This document shows positions 27,482-40,685 of a DNA stretch of 64,000 nucleotides, piece after piece (within the stretch, counting starts at the first letter, position 1; each line of letters opens with the position of its first letter). The notes below the pieces were generated by a model that was given only the letters and a program-made list of their open reading frames with translations, searched no databases and was not told the origin of the DNA. The stretch is from Parasitella parasitica NRRL 2501 (lineage: Eukaryota; Fungi; Mucoromycota), in contig MU619265.1 of NCBI GenBank assembly GCA_025201805.1, positions 215,466-279,465 on the forward strand. Reading direction: 5' to 3'. Position numbers and translations under genes: made by a program.

Positions 27482-27890
27482 TTAGGATTCAAAGCCTTTT
27501 AAAAAAGGTACCATGAGACCTTTATAGAGACCGGTATCATTGGCCTCATTATTAAACTGCTTAAGACGACCTTCTAAAAGAGTGATGTCCGTAATATGGG
27601 TGGTATCAACCATGCAGAATTGCGCCCGAGACCTTTGATGAAAGGGCGAACAAGCTCCACAGGTGCTGGTTGCGCTTCTCCGGACAAGGCTTGCAAGAGA
27701 CCGAAATCGCAACACTGGGCTGAACAATAGCTGGAGTGAACGGAATGTGTCGTTGCTTTTCTTTGATGCCCTTCGTGACAAGGACCCAGCTATTGGGTTG
27801 TGATGATTGCGAGGAAGATCCAGATAACTGAGGATCTCCTTTGTTAATTGTATCTTTACTAAGAGCTGTTACTATGAGAAAAAGTCTCAT
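27482..27890 (-). mobile_element. Possible degenerate LINE ORF1 (gag-like) fragment
   Basis: Two overlapping frameshifted ORFs (PNSWVLVTKG...; MVDTTHITDITLLEGRLKQFN) in a GC-richer island between divergent promoters. The similarity is recalled by eye only. Confidence 0.25.
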
Positions 27891-29344
27891 TAGCTTTTGA
27901 AATGATGTATTCAGCCAAGGCAGCCTTCAGTAATGGCAGTTTTACCAAAAGCTCTGATTCTAGGCGTCAAAAAAATTTTTTTTTTAAAAAAACAGATCGA
28001 TTTCTTTGAATTTAGTTGAGAAAAGAGAAAAAAATGAAAGCATAAGCGAAGGTTTCAACTGTATCTATAGCATATATATTGAGAATCTGCAATTGTCTGT
28101 AAAAATATAAAAGCTATCTTTGTCATGCCTATCCGGGATGATGTGCAATTATAAATTTTAGGGGCCCTTCTATAAGAAGGGTCACGTAAGATGTAATTTT
28201 ACCCAACAGTTCTGAAGAGTATCGTGTAACTAAATGAAGGTAATCATTTTGGTAAACATAGCAACATGCCAGACTTGACAGTTACAAAATACCGTAATCA
28301 AAGTAATTTGTCTTTTTCAACAAATTCTGAGAGCTCCTAAATGAAAGTTTTTGATAAAGTAAAATTCAGGACATCTTTTATGCGGTTTTAGAACAGAACC
28401 CATAATTGAAGAGAATCCAATGCTTTCTGCAAGATGTTATCGACCTTGACGAAGGACTGTACGGCGAGGACACGGCCAATTTCTAATGTTGTGATTATTG
28501 GGTGGCGGTGCTGAGGATTTTATGAACTCCAAATCCCTAATATGCCACCGGTTGTTTGTTTTTTATGCGGAAGAGAGGGCCATACACGACATATGTTTGA
28601 TGATTGTTTACACAATTATTTATTGCGCCGGGGCAATGATTTACATCGTAGATTCGGAAAATGAGTTAGTTAACTGTAAAAATATTGCTGGGAATCCTAA
28701 TGAGGGTTTTGGCCATAATGTTTATTCTTCAAAACATGATTTATGAGATGAATTCAATTTTCTAGTCTTTTGGCCTTTTCGATGACCATCTCTAATACTC
28801 AAGGCTACACATTAACTTCTGTTAGATTGTGCCTTACATTTTGTGTCGCGGACAAAAGTACTTTGCCCTTTCAAGAGTCAGTATTCCTTCATATATTAAG
28901 ATTATGATTGGCAAGGAAATTTCTTTGCTGGAAGATCATGCAGGTCATTTTACTCACAGCAACGCAGTATTTTTTAAAGCCTTTCTATAATTTTTTCTTT
29001 AATACACAAAAATATGAGCATGATATACTTTAACAAGCTTCGTGGCGAAGCAGGCCTGTGGCAGCACGTTCTGGGCACTGCGAAGCGTTGCTTATCAGCT
29101 CGTCCTCTTTAAAAATACTGTATGCACATTGTATACAGCCCTTTAATTTACTTGAATTTACATATTTAGTAATTTTGATCTTTGTGTTGCACATTTTCTA
29201 ATTGCTCACATCTCCGAACTAAAATATACAGTTGTATATATTGTCTTATCGTTGTAATTACATATTATCCCCCTTTTCTTTTTTTCTTTCACTTTTTGAT
29301 CCTTTTTTCTCGGTTTATTATACCTAATTTATTTATTTTTAAAT

Positions 29345-31909
29345 ATGCCTGAGATCATCAAAGAAGGGTACCTTTCTTTAAAAGAAGAAGGGTTAAGAGC
29401 ATGGATTTGGTCCAAAAGATATTGTGTCTTACGTGAACAATCTTTAACATTTCATCGAAATGAGGTATTTCACACAAGAAAAGCAATCAAGTACAAGAAA
29501 ATTAACCTTTCTTCATGCTCGCTAGGCTGGCCAGTGCATTGGTTTATTATTCTTGAAAGATATTGAATCAGTAACAAGAATAGAGCTGAAACCATATTGC
29601 TTTGAAATCTCAGCAAAGGATAAAACGTATTTCATCGCTTGTAAAAGCGATGAAGAGTTATATAGTTGGATGGATGGGATTTACAATGTAAGTATCTGTT
29701 TTCATTATAACGTTGTTTTTGACATATTAATCATTTACAGAGATCACCCGTTGGTGCTTCTGGCCCCACTAATTTTATTCATAACGTTCATGTTGGCTTT
29801 GATCCCATTACAGGCGCATTTACGGTAAATAATATTACTGATTGTCATTGGATCTTTAATTTACCATCGAATGCGATTAGGGTTTGCCCGATCAATGGAC
29901 TCGTCTTTTGAAAGGATCAGCTATTACAGCAGAGGATGCGGCAAAGAATCCTCAAGCAGTTTTAGACGTATTAGAATTTTATGCTGAGCAGACGAAGCGT
30001 GAAGAAGAAGAGTACGGTACATCGCAACTTCAAGGGGCTGTCCAACGCATGAGTGGCGTCGGATGGGCCAAAATGATGCAAGAAAACTCACTGCATCAAC
30101 AACCTCTAACTCCTACTCCCTCTATTTCTACTGGCTCTACTTTCCAAAAAAAACCTGCTCCTAACGTAAAGCTACCTTCCAAGAATATACCAACAAGACC
30201 TGCTCCCCCACCTCCCTCAGCATTAGCAGCTCTTTCTGAATTGAAAATTCAGGTACCTTTTGTTTTTTTAATTTCACTCATTTTTGCTAACATTTTACTC
30301 TCAAAGGATTCGAAAGAACAGCAAAGACAATATGAGCAAAAAGCCTCGCTACCGAAACCTTCGCATAAAGCAAATGGAGTGACTCCAGCTCTACCTGTAA
30401 GTTAGATTACACAAAATAAATGCTGCGCACATTTTATTGACGAATGATTCAGGGTAAATACTCGTTACCATCTAGAGATCAGAATGGAAGTCCAATTCCG
30501 AGTGGTAAGTCGTTCAATATTGACAGCAAACGTGAAAAAGAAATGCAAGAAGAAAGAGAAAGACAAAAAATCCCTGTTCGCACTAGTAGCGTTGACTACT
30601 ACCAACAACAGCAAACCTCTCAAGAAAGAGAACAACAGCAGCAGCAATTGGAAGATGAAAAGGAGAGAGAAAGAGAACGAGAAAGAGAAAGAGAACGTTT
30701 ACATCGTGAAAGAGAAAGAGAGAAAGCTGCTGCTCAAGTATCTTCTAAAAAGAAGGTTGAGCAAAGAATAAGTACCATGACAGAAGCTCAAATCATGGCC
30801 AAACTGCGTAAGTCTTTTGCTCCTGCGTTGTTTGCAATTCTTTTTAATTTTCGACTACATAGGTTCCGTTGTATCAAAGGGAGATCCTAGTGAATGTTAT
30901 AAGAAAATCAAACGAGTGGGTCAAGGGTAATTTTTCTACTAGTTTTCGGCCTTACGTTACACTATACTAACGTACGATTGTAGTGCATCCGGTTCAGTTT
31001 ACGTTGCCACCTCACTTGCTACCAATACAAAGGTTGCAGTTAAGCAAATGGATTTAGCTAATCAACCCCGTAAGGAACTCATTGTCAATGAAATCCTCGT
31101 GATGAAAGAATCGCAACATCCCAATATCGTTAATTTTCTGGATTCTTTCCTTGTCGGAAACTCGGATTTATGGGTTATTATGGAGTTCATGGAGGGCGGT
31201 GCCTTAACAGATGTGATCGACAATAATAGCAAAATGACGGAACAACAAATATCAACCGTGTGTCTTGAAACTGTAGCTGGTCTCCATCACTTGCATTCCC
31301 AGAATATTATCCACAGAGATATTAAATCAGATAACATCTTGCTTAACTCTCAGGGGCATGTCAAGATTAGCGATTTTGGTTTTTGCGCAAAATTAACTGA
31401 CCAAAAGAGAAAGCGTGCAACAATGGTTGGAACGCCTTATTGGGTAAGTTATATAATATGTCATGTATATGAAGGCCTTTTTTTTTATTTATTTATTTAT
31501 GCAAATGCATTCATTAGATGGCTCCAGAAGTTGTAAAACAAAAAGAATACGGCGCCAAGGTGGATATTTGGTCCCTTGGTATCATGGCTATTGAAATGAT
31601 TGAAAATGAACCACCGTATCTGGACGAAGAACCATTGAAGGCTTTGTATTTGATTGCTACCAACGGTACCCCTACTTTAAAAAATCCAGAAACTCTATCG
31701 AAAGAATTGAAATCCTTCTTGGCTGTTTGTCTTTGCGTAGATGTTAGATCTCGTGCAAACTCGGCGGAACTTATGGATGTAAGTAGATTTGGTAGATAAA
31801 ACTTGTCTATACTAACATTTTATTTTCGCAGCATGAATTCCTCAAGAAGGCTGGCCCTTTGGAAATTTTGGCCCCTTTACTAAAATTCAGAACAAAGACA
31901 AAGGTATAA
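29345..31909 (+). CDS. CLA4: Cla4-type p21-activated kinase (PH + CRIB + kinase)
   Basis: PH domain ([10 protein letters not shown]...WSKRY), CRIB ([15 protein letters not shown]), and kinase motifs [28 protein letters not shown]. Stop at 31907-31909. Confidence 0.92.
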
Positions 31910-34290
31910 TTATTAAAAATGCAATAAAATACATTAGTTTTTGTTATACATTTTGATGGACGACTGGATTTAAGCATTTCCCTCATACAAAAAACTATAA
32001 TCTACGTCCTTACTGAACCATTCAGTCTTATTCGTGAAATAACTATTAGAGCAATACACTTTATTCTTCTAATCGAATTACTATTAACTTGATAGCCCAC
32101 TTCAATTAATAACTTTTTCTATTGCCTTTCCATAGCTACCTTCAACAAATTTCACTACTCAAATTGGTAGCAGGCTATAAGACAATATTATATGTCATTC
32201 CCTGTGCCCCATCCATTGATGTGTTATATTACTACGATTTTACAAAACAATATCACCTCTCATTATCGGATTATTAGCTCGCGAAATTGAATAACTCAAA
32301 TTCGATACTGTTGCTACCACTCAAGTTTTGACCCTAACCGCAAGCTCTCAGGAATGGGCTCAAGTTGGTTAGAATCGACTCGCCATGCAATAATTAATGT
32401 AAATCTTACCATTCGCACGTACTGTTATGTAAGAAGGCCAGCGAATCTTAATTACAGTCTCTGTCATTTATTTAATCTACACTGCAATGTATGAAAATCA
32501 TTAGTGCAGACTTTGCCTTTCATTGTATTAAATAATTTCTAGAATTTCTACTACCAGTACTAGTACTATTCATATTCATATTCATATTATTTTTGACATT
32601 TAACTCAAATTTTTGAAACCCATAAAAAGCTGTAGGGAGGGGTTGCTTCAACTCATGTCAATGGTGTTGTGCCAGCGTAAAGGTCGCAGCGAAATTCTGT
32701 GTAAATGTTATTATGAAAAGAAGTTACCAAGACTTTCTCTGAATAAAACCAGATACAAAACCGAAGACTTTTATTGACATAAGATATGATCTCTATTTTC
32801 TACTAAAATATATCCCAATCAATATTTATCCACATAATAAGTGATGCTTGACAAAAAGTGTCAAACACTACTAAATCACAGCGTTTTCAGAAACTGACCT
32901 ATTCTTCTATTTAAATTGAAGAGAAGATGTGGGTAAGATGTCTCCCCGACATCCCGCGATCTGATCTAGATGTAATCTTTGAATAAGCCTAGAGCCTTTG
33001 CAAGAGGTTTTATTACAGCTTGTAGTTTATTCTTTATCTGTAAATAAAAATTAGAAAGAATTAATAAAATGATCTATACATTTGTAACTAAGTTAGATAT
33101 GAGATATGTAGCCTTCATATGGATACAACATATGGATGAGGGAGCCATGGTTCGATCCTTCGGTGGGCAAATTTTCTTTTTTTTTTGCTCCTTTTGGCCA
33201 CAAGTACGGGTAGATAGTACCTTTGCGAGCCTCGTTCCACAAAAGATGCCACTTTCTTCTGCCAGTTGTTATGTGTAAGAACGTCATGTCTATCCAGAGT
33301 AATTAGCAACAATCAGTGATTTCAACTTTATTTGAGTGTACCAAAGTAGATTAATTGCCATACCTTATGTGAGTCGGACCCATATTGCACCGAACTTCTC
33401 TGCGGTATTCTCCTGCATTAGGTCTATTTGTCCACAAAAATTTGTCTAAGGGCGAGGTTTCTATCAGTAAGATGTCGTAACATACCATCTTTTAAAAAGA
33501 TCCAAAGTTCTAAAATAGATTGTTGAGTCAGCCGAAAGTTGCTATTATCTTCTCTAGATTGTTTCATGTCAGTATGCGATTGATTTCACCAGTATTAGCC
33601 GAGAAGTGCTTTCTCATCATAAAAGAAATAAGAATGATGGGGTCAACAATGACCACCTCAGAGACACTTCCATAAAGATGGCAACGAAGACGATATACCC
33701 AACTATAGCAGAAGCATATATTCGCATTTTCAGAGACAACATGGTTAGAACCAAGCAAGGGAAATTGACATCATTAGTAGGGTATACTTTGCATCATGAA
33801 GACAAACAATCAAGAGGTAACTGTAAATTCAGAGCAAGAGAGGAGATTTTCATATTTCGATCTAAGGATAAAACGACTAAATAAATTGCAACAAAGTGCA
33901 TTCATATTATCTATTTCAAATATATTGTGTACAATAAAAAGAAATTTGTGATACTTTACAGCTTTATTTCAACAATAAAAGAAGTATCTTCTGGAGTGTA
34001 ACATGCTACACTCACCTGAAGCCGAATGGTCTTGATGAGACGATCCATAATAATACTCGTCTCAAATCAACAAAGTTGAATATGAATTAAATAAAATTTA
34101 CTCGAAAATTTACTTGGTATAGCTAGTGTACTTTTCATGTTGATAAGTGAATTAATTGTAGATTTGTTTATTATATTTAATGTCTGCAGTCCTCTTTGCA
34201 TAAAAATTAAATAAAGCAATGCGATTTTTCGTTATCTACTAGATAATAGTGCACACGTTCTCATGATGAAAAGTCAAGCATGCATCTAAA

Positions 34291-35755
34291 CTACTTGGAG
34301 GCTGCTAAACCAATCTGCATGTTTCCATAATCATAAACTGAATAATAATTCTTTAAAAATGTATTACCCAGTATGAAAATGGGTGATTGAGACTCTGCTA
34401 TTCCAGAATAGCATAATCCGTTACCAGCCTCCACATTTTCTCTCACCAGATCCGCGGCACTTAGAGGAAAATCATGATCACCTAGTGTAATAGTGATGAT
34501 GTGCTTGTGGTCGCTGACAGCTAGATTGCAAGGCATGCGCCAGCCATACAATGCATCGTAATTAGCGCCAGGAATGGCCTTGTGAATCTTTTTGGATACT
34601 GCTGTAGGCACAACCAGTAATGTGGTACCCGTGTCCAAAATAGCACTGCCTACTTTATCATAAATTTGATACCCATTGATAGACACCCCCGTGATAGGAA
34701 CCTTCCATAACGATTTTTGTTCCACTGGTATATAAGCAATATCGCCAGCAAAATGGTTCGTATTCACACCCCCAAACATCTGGTATATACATATACTTAT
34801 AAGCATCATTGCTTTTACGTATTCGAAACAACTAAGTATAATGATGCATTTATGTACATACCACTTCACCTTGTCCATCATCGGCAGCAGACCGGCCAAG
34901 CCAAAAGCTAACAATAGGCTCCTTGATTTTACCCTGCGCGTGCAAATCCTGCACAAAAGTCGTACTGGTCATGTTATCAATTGCAGAAATGGCAGGAAAA
35001 GCTAAACCAAATATGCCATCCAAAAACGGATCAACGGCGAATCCATGCGCTTGCTCCTTGGCTATTCCAAAGGGATAGTCTTCTAAGGAGATGCCATTGC
35101 CAATCATAATTCTATCATGTCCAATGATGCCAGATACACTTGAGCCATCGCCATAACGCACTTGCCATGTGCTACTGTCTTGATCTATAGTCTTGGTATG
35201 ATTTGTTTTGGAGAAGTTGGATCCATAGCGTCTTGTACCTCCACAACGACGACAGTCCAAGGCTGGTACCCAAATCTCGGCACTACCTGTATCGAAATTT
35301 AAATGAAACTCTTGTGGTGGATTGCCGATATACACACGGCCAATGTACTATATATATATATATATTATATAAATTGTTATTATCATAAATTACCAAGTTA
35401 GAAATGAAATTGTTTAATATTATATTACTTTACTTCTACGTCTATCATTACAGCGTTTAATTCAACCGTGGTTGCTGCAGGATTGTTGTCCGAATCTGAT
35501 GTCGTTGCAATCCTGTTCAACAGCTGCAGTGTATCTTTTGATGGTTTTAAATCAAACTTTGCCAAGGAATGGCGAATTCTGTCTTGAGTTGATATTTTTG
35601 CATTATGTTGCTTTTCAAGAATAAATCTAGAAATACAAAATTCTTTGATTAACATGGTAAGCCGTTATATCTATGCATTGAATTACGATATTGATTCTTC
35701 CGCCACCACGCAAGCAGCAAAAGCAGCCGTAATTAAAAGATAATATGCATGAATT
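34291..35755 (-). CDS. Secreted pepsin-family (A1) aspartic protease; start codon uncertain
   Basis: Both catalytic motifs FDTGSAEIWV and LDTGTTLL, plus YGDGS, DGIFGLAF and ILGNTFLKNYYSVYD. Signal-peptide-like exon YYLLITAAFAACVVA at about 35690-35755. Confidence 0.88.
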
Positions 35756-35979
35756 GCGTATTCGATGTAGACAAGAATAGAAAAATAAAAAAGCGCATTA
35801 TATTTATATACACGATTGTATATCAAGGAGATATATTAGGGCCTCGGATGTACATTGTTTCATAATTTTTATTGCTAATTGTTCATTTTATTTGTTTGAT
35901 GGATCGAGATAGTGAGATATTAGGGAAGGGAATATTTATATACACAATTAAGGCTAATTACAGAGTGTAAAGGTCAAGC

Positions 35980-37449
35980 TTACGAAAAGATCTTGCTCAA
36001 TCTTTTGCTTGTGGTTCTAAATTTAGTAGAGATGGAGCGCGCAGGTTTGACGGAGGGCGCTGGTGCATGTGTATCTGTTTCCATGTCAATTATATTTCTC
36101 AAATCCTTCTTTCTAGTCAATCGAATAGAAGAGAATCGGCTCTTTTTGGTGGCTGTAGTCGAAGATGACGATGCTGCAGGAACAATCACATCTTGTTGTT
36201 GTTTGTTGTTGTTGTTGTTGTTGCTGTTGCTGTTGCTGTTGCTGTTGTTGCTGTTGTTGCTGCTATTGCTAGGTCGAACTTTCTGCATTGCCATTTGGAG
36301 TTTTGTTTTAAATGTAGAGTGCTGGCTTGTGGTGCTACTTTTACGAGATAGAGTGGACCCAGCAGCGGAGGACTGATTTGGTGGTGTGAGAGCAGGAGTC
36401 GTTGTGATCCCTTCGTCATAGAGCACGGTGCTTGGATGCATCATAGAAAATGGTCGGATATGAGGGTCAATTGATGGTGTAGGTGGGTCATCATACATGC
36501 GCTGCGAATTGTCTGAAAATGCTATGAGGTCCTCGCCTTCCTTTTCAATCTCTTTATAGTGTTGCTCAGGTTTTGAAGCTTGGTCACCATCAGCAAATTC
36601 AATTGATGCTGATGAGGGCTGATTTTCATTATTTTGTCGCGGGATCGTTGGCTCCGGGTTTTTAACAAGAATAGCAGGTTGTGTTACTTGTTGCTTGGCA
36701 ACAACATCTACATCATGTTCTCTCACTTTCATTGGTATCACCTGAGCACGATCCTGGATTGCGAGATCTTCTTTCTTGATGATAGTATCATTATTGCTTA
36801 ATTGAGCCGATCGCATCTTTGAAGGAGAAGAAGGAGTAGGAGTAGTGACAACATGGGAAGGAGTAGCAACGCCGTTGGTGCTATTGCTGATACTAGTGGT
36901 GGTGGTGATGGTACTGGAGCTGGCGCTGGCACTGGCGCTGGCACTGGCACTGGCACTGGCACTGGCACTGGCGCTGGCACTAGCGTTAATGCTTGTGCTT
37001 GTGTTGATGTTGTTGTCATTCACTATGCTGGCCTCTATTGGTTCAACCTGTTTATTTTTGCTGTCGACAGATGTAGCCAAATCTGCAGTAAAGCGCATAG
37101 GCGTAATTGCGAGTGCATTGATGTTACCTGATGTTTGTTTGTTCAATTTTGGCGTTGCCGTTGCTGTTGCTGTTGCTGTTGTTGTTGTTGTTGTTGTTGA
37201 TGACGATGCCTCTGGTGTGGGTGCAGTTAATTGCTTGATGGTGTTAATCCCAGTCATAGTAAAAAGCACAACAAAAGAGACCAAAAGACAGACACTGTGG
37301 ACCACATGTGAAACGATATTATTTCGATCAGGTTTATAGACAATCAGCGATAGAAAAATAGCCGTCATATCGATGATTTGCATTGGCGTAAGTATCAATG
37401 ATATAAAGTACATGTGAGCGAAAAATCGCATTAGAGAAAGAACAGACAT
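35980..37449 (-). CDS. Hypothetical protein with two N-terminal hydrophobic segments and a low-complexity tail
   Basis: Intronless ~489-aa ORF from ATG 37449 with hydrophobic N-terminus, T/AS/N repeats and a basic C-terminus. Confidence 0.7.
   Translation of the reverse strand: MSVLSLMRFFAHMYFISLILTPMQIIDMTAIFLSLIVYKPDRNNIVSHVVHSVCLLVSFVVLFTMTGINTIKQLTAPTPEASSSTTTTTTTATATATATPKLNKQTSGNINALAITPMRFTADLATSVDSKNKQVEPIEASIVNDNNINTSTSINASASASASASASASASASASASSSTITTTTSISNSTNGVATPSHVVTTPTPSSPSKMRSAQLSNNDTIIKKEDLAIQDRAQVIPMKVREHDVDVVAKQQVTQPAILVKNPEPTIPRQNNENQPSSASIEFADGDQASKPEQHYKEIEKEGEDLIAFSDNSQRMYDDPPTPSIDPHIRPFSMMHPSTVLYDEGITTTPALTPPNQSSAAGSTLSRKSSTTSQHSTFKTKLQMAMQKVRPSNSSNNSNNSNSNSNSNNNNNNKQQQDVIVPAASSSSTTATKKSRFSSIRLTRKKDLRNIIDMETDTHAPAPSVKPARSISTKFRTTSKRLSKIFS
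36920..36982. repeat. (GCACTG/GCGCTG)n hexanucleotide repeat encoding (Ala-Ser)n
   Basis: Direct tandem repeat visible in sequence. Confidence 0.9.
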
Positions 37450-37683
37450 ATTTGATGGACCAAGAAAAAAAGTGAAAGCAAAGAGACGAGAGAGATAGAG
37501 AGAAAAAAAAAAAAAAAAAAAGACGGCCATGTAACACTATTTATACAAAACATTTTTTAAGGAGACAGATCTGGCACATTACATTAAAAAACCGCTTGGT
37601 AACAATGAAGGCCAGGCCGTATTAAATGTTGCTGAAAATTTTAAGAAAGGAAAAGGGGTGGGTGGAGGGAGGATGGGGACCCA

Positions 37684-39690
37684 TTATTTCTCACCAACTT
37701 GTAATGTGGCCGGCCTCTTTGGTGGTGGAGATCTTGGTGACATGGGCGTTAACTTTAGTTTACGTGAATTGACATAGTTGGGTTCTTCGCTCTTTCGTCT
37801 GCGTATAACCTCTGATCGTTCACGGTGTGCTAATTGCTCTTTCAAATCTGATATGTCACTGTGGCTAACACTGCGAACACCCCAGTATTTACGCTTGTGT
37901 TTTCCTGATCCAATGGTGCGTTCCTCCAATGCATCAGGTATAACCACCATGCCAGCAGCAACACTGACTCTTCTGCCAGACGGATTGATGATGGGCCGAT
38001 CGGGCAACATGCTTGACGGCAAACGCTGATTTTCTTCCTGCTTTTGGTCTTTGTTGTCTTTTAATTCCTCTTCCATCTTGATCCATTGTGTGCGATTCGC
38101 TGCTAATTCTTTTAATAGCTCTTCTGCCTTGGGAAACAATGCTGCAAATATTTCAAAATAAGGGCTTACAACAAAATCGCCAAACTGTAGTCCAATTGTA
38201 GTCTGGCTCACTTGATTTCTATCCATATTTGGCGATACCTTTAGTCCGTGCTCCAATTCGGCGTCGCCTTGAAGGAAAAACTCTTCACAAACCAGGTTGG
38301 ACCAGCTTAGACAAAGCGGCCATGGCCGAAGTGCATTGCTTATATCTGCGGCATGCAGTATAATCTGACAGAGAATCAATCTCTGCTGTGGCTCCATTAT
38401 ATAATTGGGCGGTGTGAATGCTGTTTTACCGTCTGCTGTGGTTATTGTCACAAGGTCGGCTCCAGATGAATGGTGTCTTTCCGAGGTGGTTTTACAGTTG
38501 TTAGGACCCTGATCCATTCCGTTGTTATCTTCGTCTTCCTCCTCCTCATCCTCCTCTGGACTTGCAGGTAATACAGGCATTGTCTTTAAACACAAGGGCA
38601 CAGTATCTTCTTCGAAATATGATTTCCTTCTAAAATAAGATATCGCACTCTTTGCTCCTTGACTTGAGAAGATGTCTTTGACCTGAATTTCAGCGTCTGC
38701 ATCATTAGCTTGATCTTGCTGTGTGGATACTTGCAAGTGTTGCTGATGAGGTTGACATTCCTTGTCGTCTTCATCTTCCTCCTTTGTGGATGGTAAAACC
38801 GGTTTATGCTGGGACGACTTTGACTGCGATACTTGATCCTGTCCTGCGCTTTCATCGGCGATGATTTCCAGTAGGTTTGCGAGGTTTTCTTGCAGCTCGT
38901 AATGGAATATCATATCCGTTGCCAAGATCATCTTTATGATTCCAGTCCTCATTTCAGATTCAGACGTAGGTAATCCCAATGAGCCACTTGCCTTTTCCAG
39001 CCTTCTCAGCAGTTTGTGTTTGGTTAACAAATCCATGGTGATTGTACAAGAATAGCTTTCCAAGACTGACTTGTTACTATATCGGATAGCGAGATCAGTT
39101 TTTAGGTTTACTTGGAAATTGTTGTTTTTTCCAGGCTAGATTTGTGCAAAAAAAAAAAAAGAAAAAAAAAAAAAACAAGTGTACAAATTAGTAACAGGAT
39201 AGCCCATTTCATTGGTTAAACCACAAATTCTACTTTACATGACCAATATCATGACACAAGCCTGCAATCATTAGTGCAGCTATATCAATACGAGATATGT
39301 AGCTTGCCACATCGTACTGGCACACCATATGGTATAGTACAATTGCAACATCCACGGCATGAAAGAAAGAGTGATACGCGTTTGCCAAATAACCGTGATC
39401 CACATCCACCAAAAAATCGAGGAATTCAGACGGTGTAACGCCAATAGATTCGCATAAACCAAGACGTTCTAAAAATCCAAGAATGTATCCATAGAGCTCT
39501 GCTCGAGATTTGTCAAGCACAGTGAAATGTTGAAGATCTTTGATCTCGTATTTCGGGTCTGCCACTTTGATCATCAACTAAACAAAATATTCGAAACCGC
39601 ATTCTAAACAAACATTGCAGTAATGATACTTACGCATTCGATTTTGAACAGGTCTTCAGACGATACGTTATTGTGCCTTAAGATGAGCAT
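37684..39690 (-). CDS. Class I 3',5'-cyclic nucleotide phosphodiesterase (Pde2-like)
   Basis: AYHSFFHAVDV, LCHDIGH-PGKNN, ILATDM, LHAADISN, EEFFLQGDAE and Q-GDFVVSP motifs. ATG at 39690; two introns. Confidence 0.92.
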
Positions 39691-39805
39691 TTTTCTAGGA
39701 CTCCCGGATTCAATTGAGAAGAAAAAGGAAAAACGAAAAAGGAAAAAGAAAGAGAAAGAGAAGAGAAACAAGATTTTTTCCTTTCGTTGTTTTATTCACA
39801 TCATG

Positions 39806-39839
<34 letters not shown>

Positions 39840-40685
39840 GTCGTAAACCCCCCCCAGACTGCTGTTTGCCTCAAAACGCAGCCACTCAACAGCTCTGTCA
39901 ATGCAGGTGTTGGGATGCCTTCTGCAGCTGCAAATTCAAAGAAAATGGCTGTCTCATTCTTGGAGAATCCAACAATTTCCCGCCTAAGCGGCTTTAGGGT
40001 TTGTACATGCTTTTCATGTCGATATGCTCGAGTAATGGCAGACTATTCGTGATGGCCAACTCTCGAGCTTACTCCTAAACAACAGAGCACTTTAGCAAAG
40101 GATCAAGCGCTTGTCAAGCTAATTCGACTTGTCTATTAGAGTTCACATTGTGGTTTCAGTTTTATTTCTCTTATTGCCAACAAAACTTGACAAGGCAAAA
40201 ATAGACTACTGCTATGGCTACATTTGGTATATGTTATCCAAAACAGCCTCCTCGAGACCTGTTTAGAAAGGGCCATAAAATAAGGGGGAGAGAGCCTAAA
40301 GTCCAAGCAGTCCTATGTAGGTGTCCAGCAACAGCCAATATGGCCGGTTATGCTCTAAACAAGAGAAATCCGTAGCCCTTGAAAACGTAAGCGCAATTTT
40401 TCAGCATCTGGCTTGCATATATGGTGGCATTTGATCTAGTAGAAAGCTGTTTGAACATGGCTTGCAAATGTCGCATCCAAGAAGGCCGATGCCAACATCT
40501 GTGCGTTTTAATTCAAGGTTGTTTTGCACCAAGCTATAAAAGACAATGTGCAGCTGTTAGACTATAAAGTGTGTAACTTGGACGCCAAAAAGGAAAGTGA
40601 AAACGGGCGTATTGCGCGGAAAAGGTGATTTGAGGGGGAGGGGTATACGCAAAATATATCTTTTATTGTTCTATGAGCAAATCAT

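Noticed and set aside
33140-33190. GGTTCGATCC B-box-like motif followed by GTGGGCA and a T run (tRNA-like 3' half)
   Set aside because: The T-stem pairs poorly, and no A-box, D-arm, anticodon arm or matching acceptor 5' strand is found upstream. At most a relic.
35993-37339. Plus-strand ORFs rich in L, A, V and G
   Set aside because: Antisense shadows of simple repeats in the minus-strand gene
39623-40052. Lys-rich ORFs upstream of PDE
   Set aside because: They arise from poly(A)/poly(T) promoter and UTR tracts
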